The notes under the pieces: generated by a model
The model's input: the letters and a program-made list of their open reading frames with translations, nothing else
The model's database searches: none
Told to the model about the DNA's origin: nothing
Assembly (NCBI RefSeq): GCF_030028105.1
Contig: NC_092390.1
Coordinates: 52,496,777-52,560,776, forward strand
From: Mobula birostris
Taxonomy: Eukaryota
Direction: 5' to 3'
DNA: 64,000 nucleotides
Shown: positions 52,440-64,000 of the stretch, piece after piece
Numbering within the stretch: the first letter of the stretch is position 1
Layout of the letters: the number at the start of each line of letters is the position of its first letter
Program-made: the position numbers and the translations under genes

Positions 52440-53284
52440 TACAAAACAATAATTTAACTCTTTCTTGAGCAGGTAGTTGTATGAAACTACACAACTGAAT
52501 AAGGAATGTTCACGTTTTATTTTGGTTCACAACAAGTCTATTCAACAAAATTCGATATTACAATATCAAAAAACGCCAATATTTTATTTTTTTTGCTAAA
52601 ACATACAGAACACCCATTATTTTCGCAGTAAATGACTATTTTACATCTGGAGAAACCATCAGAAATAATAAACACAAAGTATTGGATGGGAAAAATTTTA
52701 GAACCTAAATCTTACGACCTCTGTCAATAAATTTACAATCCAGGTAAATCAAAATACGTCGTCACCACATAAACGGTACATTTATTAAATAAATAAAGAA
52801 ACAAAACCTTATTTTTTTTCTGATTGTCCTTCAGTTAAAGCGCCTCGCCATCGGAACCTGGATAACGCTCACTATATTACCACTGCTATTCGTCACATGT
52901 TATTCCGGCCAGGCCAATGCAACTTGCAATGATATCCATCTAAAATAGTGCTTTAACTGCTATAGTACAATATTGCACAGGTACGTGAAACCAAAATAAG
53001 GAACAACATTTTCACCACTCTTTTTAGAACTTACAAACATTAAAAAAAACATTTACAGCAGATCCTCCTGTAGGAATGATTCCTCAAAACTACAGGGATT
53101 GAATTCACAAAAATTTAAAAAAAATTGTCAAATGAAATCGTAAAGCTAGACGAGATTTGGATGAGGTTGATAGAGGATTTGGGCAACCTGGAAATTTACA
53201 GCTGGTCTTGTGGCTCGTTACTTCAAAACTACACGGTCTCCTCTTACGGTAAAAAGTAAATGCAAGATAAATATGAAAATAAAA

Positions 53285-54346
<1,062 letters not shown>

Positions 54347-54589
54347 TCAGAATCCCGCGAGTTCAGAAAAACGCCCCAAACTTTTGCATATGTGTAGAGT
54401 GGAAATCCACGGCAATTTGGAACAGAGTAGGAGGCATTCAGCGTCAATCCGGCGGCAGATGATAATGATGAAATAAAAATGTCATACAAGTTAAATGCAG
54501 AAAGTATACGGCGATTGGGCACGCACAATGGCAAATGGGATTACCGAAGGAAAAAAAGAATGGCATATAATGAGTCCACCTCCTATACT

Positions 54590-54750
54590 TTGCGCTTCGC
54601 TCAAGGCTATAAGAGCTCGCCTGTTATTGGCTTTATATAGTCCAATTAGGCAGCAAATGAGGACGAGACTAATACCAGAAAAGAAACTCGTCCTGCAAAC
54701 CACCACTAGACGACCAGTAGGCAAATGACTTACTCTTGTCCATTGGCACA
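54590..54750 (-). promoter_or_regulatory. HMX3 promoter candidate (TATA and CCAAT boxes)
   Basis: Minus CTATATAAAG at 54621-54630; CCAAT/ATTGG motifs at ~54616, ~54632 and ~54742. Confidence 0.45.
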
Positions 54751-57700
54751 AAACGCTATTTCATTTCCATCTGTGGGGGAAATTTGTTTAAAGCGCACAG
54801 GCTTGCTCACCTCTGTCACTTAGGGCGCCTCAGCGCTGGTTGTCCATTGAGGCAACACATTTCCCAACATGAAAACAAATAGACTTGTTTCCATAAATAT
54901 GCTATTTTACGGACTTCTCTTTTTAAAAGTCCGGTTTCTATTCCGGTAGGTAGGCGCAATCCAGAAAATAAAGCTTACTCGCGTATGAAACCGCCAGACT
55001 CAAGAAGAGATGTCTGTAATGTTCCATGCGATTTTAAACAGAGACGTTCAATTTGTGAGGTATTCCTGATAAAGGATTATATGCCAGGGATATATTGCAC
55101 ATTAAAACGCGATTTTATGAAGTGTAGCACTGCAAGAAATAGCAATAATTTTATTATGGAAGCAAGCCCAATTTGTATATGAAGATTTATAAGTAGAACG
55201 GATATGCTGTGACCTCCGATTCAAGTAGGATTTCGCATATGTCATTTTAATGTTGTGCGGTATTTCTCATGAGTCTGTTTAATAGAGACGAACCATTTTC
55301 ACTTTTGCCTGACGGATTTAACCAACAGCCCCCCATTCCACCAACCCCCGCCCGTCGAAAGTCGTGCTCTGGAGCACTTATGATTTATGAAAGAAAAACA
55401 AAAACATGCCTAGTATATTAAAATGTGTTTTTATACCGCCTACAATAACACAAGTAATACACCTTAAACTCTTACAAATGTTAGAGAGCTAATTAGAACC
55501 AGAATTGAGGAAGGGGGAACATTAGGCTGAAAAACCAAACCATTTAAGTTTACACTAACACTTTAGATGTACTCATGTCACTTCGCGTGGCAGCGGATTA
55601 CTAGTATCTTTTACTATCCCCTCCCTCCCCCGCCTCCATCCCATCCTCCAATTTATATTGTTGCAATCTCAAAACAAACCTTCTATTCCATGGATTCTTA
55701 CCAGAGATGTACGGGAATTTGAGCACATTTATTTTGGAAAATTTAATCAAGGGCTTTTGTTCCCATTTGTTTATCTTTATTTTCACTTTGCGAATGTGCT
55801 TCACCACATTGCATCTGAATACAGGACAACACGTGCATTGTTTTGTTATTTACATAATGTAGCCGGATTGTAATCAGGCTGAAGCCGTCGATTTGCTGTT
55901 CAGTCCGACAATACATAATAGGCAATGATTGCAACAATCCCGCTCTTATCTATAATGCAGTTAATTTATGCCACTAGGAACCTGTCAACACAGTTGGATG
56001 AGTGTGCGTGGAAATTGAAACACCCATCTTTATTCCTTGTACATTATGTGTTACCTTTGACCTTTGTTGTTTATCCAATGTTATCTTCCGTTTCATTCAA
56101 TTGAATGACAACACTCACACCTTAATGTCATTCCACCGGGGTACTAGCTTCTAGCTCAGCGTAGGCGACCGGACTAATGAGCCAGGTATCCAAAGCTGAC
56201 TCTTCTAACAGGATGATTACTAATGTTCATATCTCAATAATAGGCTACGTAATATCTTTCAGCACGTGTTACAATGCATTATTGTCAATTCCAATCGACT
56301 CAAATTAAACATCACAACGTTCTGTGGCATCCGAAAAAAAATTTATTCAAATCTGTTGGAGGAAATGAGGCATAGGGGCGTAACTTTAGATATAAAAATA
56401 CCAGTTAATGATACACAGGGCAGTATAAGGTAGCCACTGCAACGATAATTACAACTACAATGCACTTCCCTACAGGTTCCGGAATAGTTCATGATTTGCA
56501 TCTGTAATTAATTTGTCCTTCAAAAAGCGAATCACCTGCACGCACAGAAGACAATGTCGTATTTATACTCTTGCTTCTAAAGTTCGGGACCATTAATACA
56601 ACACTATAAAGCTCTTTTGTTCTACAGTTACACAAATTTGCCTGCCGAACTGAAGGAGACTGAGTTCGGTTGTTTGTGAGCTACAGGCAAACCAGCCTCC
56701 ACCACCCCCCACCCCGCCCCCGCCCCCGCACCCCGCCAAGACTTCCGTCAGTTATTTAAAGCCACTCGCTAAATGGGTGACGAATGTGTGATATGTATTA
56801 AAGGACAAATGGGAATTTGGGATTCGCTTTACCACAATTTAGAAATATTTACTCTTGAGAACCCGACGAACAAATACACAGAAAATTTTAGTCATGAAAT
56901 AGAGTGTGTTTTCTCCCTTAATGAAATGCAGGTACGTAGGTAATTCTCTCTGATTTTTGCCTCTCCAAACCTGCGAGCTGATGAAACTGTTGAACGCAGG
57001 GAGTTTCATTATGCACATACTCGTTAGAGATGGAAAAACCGAAAACAGTGAACATCCGAATATTAATTTCAGTTTGCGTAAACACAAGTGGATGGGTTTG
57101 GGAATAGTTTAATCTTAATATAACTTTGGAACTTTTCCATATTCTGTCTACCTTCTGGGTGAACATCTCTCATTAAGAGGAGAAGAGGCTATGTCTGGTA
57201 CATTAGCATTGAAACGATTTGAAATGGACAATTTTGTTAATAAGGTGGAATACCCGACACAATTGAAAAGTGTGCTCCAAGGTTTAGCAAATGTTATGCA
57301 TTCGGCTACTTTTGAGGACATATAATTTGAGGCAGATTAGTGAAAATGTCTACTCTGGATTTTAGGTGTAATTTTCTCCAATGTTTTAGAGTTAAGTTGT
57401 CCATGTCATTTTTTTCAGTTGTAAAAGTTCATTTTTAAATCTGTTTAACGTACTCAAATGGTTTACGCTAGTTTTACTCTGAGCTTAAACGGCCACATTG
57501 TTTAGAGTTTTGGAATACTTTAGATAACTTATAAAGTTATTTTTACATACTTTACCATATATTGGTAATTGAAGAAGAGGCTGATATCAAATGGACATTT
57601 ATAGTAGTTTGTCACTTCTATTATATTGGATTCATTTTAAAGTCACAGACAGACACTCAGACAGGCAGACGGACACCCCTCCCCCCTCCCACACACACAC

Positions 57701-58866
57701 ACTGCCCCAGACTTGGTCTGTATTCGTATACACACCATACAAAATCCTCAGATCATTCCTGGGTCAAGTCTTCGAAAACATGGATTCGGATATCCAGTTG
57801 AACATACGATACTGTCTTGTAGTCGCCATTATGCTGTTTATTTTAAAATAAATATAAGTTACGATGGTTTAGTGAGAACTTTAATTTGATATTCGGCTGT
57901 AAGACCTAGAATAGAACCTTATGTTATGAAAGGTTACGTCAATACTATAAAACACCCGAACAATAAATTATACAATTGCGTCTAAAAAAACATGAAACGA
58001 CTTTGATTTGACTCCTACGATTATGGTAAGCACCTAAAAGCTACCTGTATACTTATCCTGATTGGATGATGTGTTCTTTTTAAGCAGCCACTATCTTATT
58101 AATTACATGACTTTCACTAAAGGAATGCATTGTCACTCTGATGTCCCTTGGAGATCAGGTTCGCCCTCTCCTGTGCTACAAACTGATTTTCTTTTTGCTA
58201 ATTATTTCCCTCTAGGTTATAAGAAGACAGATCAGAGAGGTACACATTTCGAGGTCGTGAAACAACCCCTGAGGAGAAGACATCAGAAGCCGCGAACATG
58301 TCCGTCAGGGTAGTCAATCTCCCTGACGGCAGATACTTATCACCAGGGAGCTCCTTTGTAACATGAAGTCTTGCAACAAGAGATAAACGAGCTGCTTGAT
58401 ACTTTAGGTGTTGTCCCTGAATGTTGAAGACTTATATCGTTCTAGGGGATGATTCTTTATCCCTCTGATTTTTAAAAAAGTTTCCTTTTAAAGAAATGAC
58501 GTCGCCTCACTGGACAGACGCAACCAATGCCAATTAACCTTTTGCCTGCCGCAGTGAGAGTTCGAAACTGCACCCCGGAATTTCATTTTTCTTCTGTTTA
58601 GTTATGTCAGCGAGCCCTTTGGTCTGTTCAGTATACTATGGTACGGAAATAAACAGCAGAATAGCCGTTTTGGGAGGTCTGGGGCGAGGTTAACACTTAG
58701 CAAAGTTATTGTAAGTTTTCCTACAGCCAACCTTTAACTTTTTGATACGTTGAATGAATGCGCGGTACTTGAACAGTAACGAGAAAGCGAATCCAAAATG
58801 GATTCGAGTGAAATTAATTCACAGCTAACTTCGAATGTTCTGAAAGCTTCCTTCACAGGACCCCTG

Positions 58867-58870
<4 letters not shown>

Positions 58871-58904
<34 letters not shown>
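58871..58904. repeat. (TA)17 microsatellite
   Basis: Direct reading. Confidence 0.95.
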
Positions 58905-58908
<4 letters not shown>

Positions 58909-60825
58909 GTTTCGCCATTTCTTCAATTACGGGTGATTGACGTAAATGAATTCATTGCGTACAATGGGACACAAAGGAATTTCCTGTAATAACTAACAGA
59001 AAACAGAATAATATCGGAACTCTGAGACGTTTATGTATTAGTACAAAGGCTGCTTTAAGAAATTAAAATTAATCTCGAATTACTTAGATTCCTCGGATTG
59101 TACAGCTCTCAGTTTCCCGAGTTTGAGAGAAGTCTAACTATTTTTTGAGTAAATTCCGGGTCTCCAAAACAAACCAGTGTTCTCTCTGTGTTCAAGACGG
59201 ATGTAAAAAGAGAACGGAATTGTAATAGATTATTAACGCAATATATGCGAGTTGACGATAACAATTAAAGCACTTGGAGAAGATCATGACGGAAATTGGA
59301 ATTCTGGTTTCCAACTCAATATTATAGATCGACGAAAATGAGGTCGGTATTATTAACTTGTGAATTATTACAAGACTAATTAAAAATAGAATTAAAAGAG
59401 GGAGGGGATGAATTATTCTTATAATTCTTTAAATGAGCTGCCTTGCCAACTATATCTGTCGCAGATTCAGCAGATGCCGAGAAATAGAAAGGCCTAATTT
59501 TAACGCTGGGAACCTAGACTCATCGCTCAAGATAATGTTAGAAATGTAAACCAGGTAACATCCGCATTAAAAAACCGAAGTTGGCTCTAAATGGAAAATT
59601 AATGAATTGAAACTTGATTTAGAAGTATTTCATTTCAAATATATTAAAATCATTCTGGTTTATATGGAATGAATGAAGCAGTATAAAAGCCCAGGCAGTT
59701 GCAGAACGTTTTCGGAAGGATATGGTTCTCTGTTTTATTTTACACCAACCTTTCTTTAGAACTAATTTATTGCACAGATGTATTTGCTCGCTCAAGTCTG
59801 CTATTAAGAGCCTGCCGGTGAGAGAGAAAAGAAACGTCGGCCGGCTGGTCCTCTTTGTGTCGATTGCAGTTGTTGCAAATCAAACTATACTTGATTTTAG
59901 AAAAGCCAAGAAAAATGCTGATCTAAAATAAAAACCAGAAACTAATGGAAGGGGGAATCAGGACGCAAATAACAGCATTTTCCGATTATATTACAGTAGA
60001 TACATAGTTGTATCTATTAAAACCACTCGAATATTTACACTCTGATGACCAATTTCGTACATATTATTTTAAATACAGTCGTTAATGCCCTTTCCGTTGC
60101 AGGTGTGAAAGTTTCCAAATGCTGTTTATTTTTGCAGGCCAGCCAGGCAATGGCAACTCAGATGATGTCTTTTCACACCAGATCTCATTCCCTGTGAATA
60201 TGACAGTGACATTTAAGTAGTTTGCTAAATGGATTTGAAATAAGGTACTGAACAATTGCAGCGGTCATGCTAATATTATGCCATTCACACAGGCTGAACG
60301 CTCTGTTAAAGCAGCAGTGATAGAAATCTTGATGCCTCTTGATTATCTGCTTTTTTTTCATGGGGCATAAAACGCAATATGGCTGATATGGCGGTTTCGA
60401 GTCTTGGCAGACAAGGAAGAAATAATATGACATGTTTTGTCAATAATAATGTCAGCGTTTGCATAGCTAACTGTGAGTGATTCAAAGTTTATAATATTCA
60501 TCATTATAATTACGGGAGGTTCATAATGCTGTCGATAACAATGTCATAATTCCTTTATCCGCAAAAAAGCAATATCCGACCAAAACAATTTCAGTCTACG
60601 TGAATTATTAAATATTATTTCATTATCTTGCTCAGCCTTGATGAATGGCGAGAATGAAAGCATTGAGTCAGTGGGAAATGCGTAGTGGAGAAAATGTTAA
60701 CCTCGACATTATTCTTCGAGCCCAAACAGTCAGGATCATTAGCATCAAACATCTGACGGCAGATGGATTCTCCTTTCACTGGTCTGGGATTGTTTGCACC
60801 GTAACTTCACCATACTGTACTAACT

Positions 60826-60962
60826 TAGGTCTGGAAGAAGGGTCACAGCTCGAAACCTCGACTGTATATTCATTCCCATAGATGCTGCCTAACCTGCTGA
60901 GTTCCTCCAGCATTTTGTGTGCGTTGCTTGGGATTTCCAGCAAATGCAGAATTTCTCGTGTG
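60826..60962 (+). mobile_element. Penelope-derived mini-element with degenerate hammerhead core
   Basis: ctggaagaagggtcacagctcgaaacctcgactg...gatgctgcctaacctgctgagttcctccagcattttgtgtg. Confidence 0.7.
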
Positions 60963-61097
60963 CGTTGGGTGTAAGATGTTCTCGTTCTCTGCAACGATAT
61001 TGGTGAGGCCTGCTTACTCAATATTGATGGCTTAGGAGACATTCTTTCCCCAAACGCCACAGTAAACGGGCATCGTTTTCGTCAGCTGTTGTTCTTT

Positions 61098-61350
61098 GTA
61101 TTTATTTTATTTATTGAGATAAAGCGTGGAATAGGCCCTTCCGGCCCTTCGAGCACCCCCGATTTAATCTTAGTTTAATCACTGGACAATTTACAATGAC
61201 CAACCGGTAGGTCTTCGGACTGTGGGAGGAAAGCGTAGGAAACCCACGCGGTCACGGGGAGAAGGTACAAGCTCCTTACAAGCAGCAGTGGGAATTGCAC
61301 CTGGGTCACCTGTACAATAAAGCGTTGTGCGAACCACTACTCTACCGTCT
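61098..61350 (-). mobile_element. tRNA-derived SINE (V-SINE/HE1-like)
   Basis: Minus 5' end GGTAGAGTAGTGGTTCGCACAACGCT...GGTGCAATTCCC has A/B-box-like motifs; (TAAA)-rich tail. Confidence 0.7.
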
Positions 61351-62319
61351 TCTGGTTTGTTTGAGGTAGAACCATCCATAACAGGACAGCAATATGTTTA
61401 ATGAAACGTTTGTTTTTCAGTCTGCCTTTAAAAAAAAACAATCAATTTGAACCACCTTTAAATGTGTATCAAAAGTGTTCAAAGTTTTATATTGCATTGG
61501 AAATAAAAGGACGTTGGATTAAGAAGGGGCTTGGCTTCAGCCATAGTTCCAGAGTCCGCACGGTGCTCGATCTGTCCAATCTATTGGTCAGAAGTAAAGG
61601 AAGCGGATACCCAGACATTTGCCAAATACTTAATATATGTCATTAATATCTTACTCGTAAACTTCCTCTTAATGAAAAATCAAACTAGACCCTGCTCTGG
61701 CCTCAATTCCGTAAATCAAAAGGTTACTCCTATACCCAATGACCTGATGCCAGAGACATGTATTGATGGCTCTTTAAAGAATATTTTTAAAACGCCATTG
61801 GAAATCAGAGAGAATGTCTGATCCTTTTGAAACCGGTTTGTATAATGGCATGCTTATCCTGACGCTGCAGTATAAATCCAGTATGGTGTAAAACTGGCTG
61901 AATAAAGGATGGGGGGTGGAATCATTATTGTGTCTGGGGTGCATGAAATCTCGTCAGCCCTACCTCAGGACAGTAATAGAACATCACTAATCACCATTAA
62001 ATACTGATGCCCAATCAATACCACAATAGAGCACATTGGTTTCATTTAAACTCCCCGGTACATTTTCAAGGCCATCTCTTTGACCTTGTGAGGATGTTGG
62101 CAGGAGTGAAGATGTGGTTGATTACATTGAAACAAAGCAGACTGAAGGGGAATTAATTTGAGGGAAATAAAATTTTGAGCTGCCCTGTAGGGTGAACAGA
62201 AAACCTTCATTTACCTTGCCAGAATAATTAGGAAACAAGGATTTCATTGGTTAGAGAGGAGATGAAGGTTTTTTTTCCACTCGAAAGTAATGGGGGTTGC
62301 AAAATTCTCAAAAGAGTTA

Positions 62320-63730
62320 AAGGTGTCCAGTGATCACAAGTCTATTAGTTTCCAGATAATTATGGAGAAGGGTAGGTCTGGTTCTCAGGTTGAAATTCTA
62401 AATTGGAAAATGGCCAATTCTCATGCTATCAGATTGGATCTGGCAAGTGTGGACTGGGACAGGTTTGCTTCAAAGGTGAAATTTTGAGAGTACAGTGTTT
62501 GCATGTTCCTGTCAGAATAAACGACAAGCCTAACAGGTCTAGGGAATTTGGTTATTGAAAGTTACTGAGGTCCTGGTTAATAATAATAAAGAGGAGGTGT
62601 AGGCAAGAAGGCAGTAAGGTACTTGAGGAGTATAAAAAGGCAAGAGAACAATTAAGAGGAATATCAGGAGCCATAAAAGGAAGCATGAGGTTTCTTGAAC
62701 AGACAAGGATAAGGGGTTCTGCAGATATATTGAAAGAAAAAGGATAGCAAAAGACAAATTTGGCCTTCTTGAAGTTCAGTGTTGCCATCTATGCATAGAG
62801 CCAAAAGAGCTGGGGGAGATCTTAAATGTTTTTATTGCATCTGTATTTACATGGGAGTCTATAGAAGTGAGGCAAAACAGCAGTGAGGTCATGGACCATA
62901 TATAGATTATAGAGGAGGAGTTGTTTGCTGTCTTGAGGCAAATTATGGTGATAAATCCCCAAGGCCATGTGGGAGGCCAGTGGAAACATTGCAGGGACCT
63001 TAGCAGAGGTATTTCAAATATCCTAAGCCCATGTAAGGTGCCAGACATTTGGAGGATAGCTAATGTTCCATTGTTGAAGAAAGGCTTAAGAATAAGCCTG
63101 AAAATTACAGGGCACTGAGCTTGCCATCAGCAGTGGGTAAGTTATTTGAAGGTATTCTAAGGAACTGGATATATAAGTATTTGGATAGATGGGGCCTAAT
63201 TTGGGATAGTCTACATAGCCTTTTGTAGGGTAGGTCATGTACGAGTAGGTTACCAGGAAAGATGATGAAAGAAAAGCAGTGGACGTTGTCTACAAGGCCT
63301 TTGACAAGGTCCCACATGGCAGGTTTTTCAAGAAGGTTCAATTGCTTAGCATTCAGGTTGAGGTAGTAAATTGGATTAGACACTGGCTTTGTGGCAGAAC
63401 AGAGGCTTGTGACCAGTGGTGTGCACAGGAATCAGTGCTGGGTCTGTTGTTCGTCATCTGGATGATAATATGGTAAACTGGATCGGCAAATTTGTGGATG
63501 ACACAAAGATTGGGTGGTGGGGTGGTGTAGTAGACAGCGAGGAAGGCTATCAAAGCTTGCAGCGGGATTTGGACCAGTTAGAAAAAATGGCAGATGGAAG
63601 TTAATGAAGACAAGTGTGTGGTGTTGTGCTTAGGGAGGGCAAACCAGGATAATACCTATACAGTGAGTGGTAGGTCACTAAGCAGTACAGTCAGTACAGT
63701 AGAACAGAGGGACCTGGCAATACAGATTTA
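62320..63730 (+). mobile_element. degraded CR1 LINE ORF2
   Basis: WRIANVPL..K, DVVYKAFDKVPHGR, IGKFVDDTKIG, LQRDLDQL motifs. Confidence 0.85.
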
Positions 63731-63734
63731 TAAT

Positions 63735-64000
63735 GTGTAGTGGAGAGTGTATTGACTGGTTGCATCACAGCCTGCTATAGAAACAGCAATGCCTTTGAAT
63801 GGAAAATGCGACAAAAGGTAGTGGATTGGGCCTAGTATATCATGGGTGAAGACCTCCTAACCATTGAGCAGATCTACATGAAATGCTGTCGTAGGAAAGC
63901 AGCATCCCTCATCAGAGATCCCCACCTAGGTCATACTCTTTTTTCGCTGCTGCCATCAGGCAGAAGGTATAAGAACCTCAGGACTTGCACCACCAGGTTA
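63735..64000 (+). mobile_element. Rex1/L2-like LINE fragment
   Basis: VVESVLTGCITACYRN..., same family as 1295-1975. Confidence 0.7.

Overview
Vertebrate genomic DNA, most likely from a cartilaginous fish (ray or shark, judged from the repeat complement). It carries the conserved syntenic block HMX3 -> HMX2 -> BUB3, all on the minus strand. BUB3 has a probable non-coding exon 1 near 38.7 kb and six coding exons (33804 to 12923) with canonical GT-AG sites; its last exon is unresolved. HMX2 (2 exons, about 267 aa) and HMX3 (2 exons, about 299 aa) lie in a ~20 kb, almost transposon-free, CpG-retaining domain with CNE-like blocks. The BUB3 introns and both flanks are full of degraded and nested TEs: CR1, Rex1-like, RTE, HERO-like, Penelope-like, Tc1, Tigger/pogo, hAT, a solo LTR and SINEs. 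The most notable signal is a family of short, often palindromic Penelope-derived insertions carrying a minimal hammerhead-ribozyme core. Also notable are Tigger elements resembling mammalian Tigger4 and MER2, a perfect 25-bp hairpin upstream of HMX2, a stop-free in-frame HMX3 intron and a near-perfect 241-bp local duplication. Family assignments come from recall and inspection; no database searches were run.
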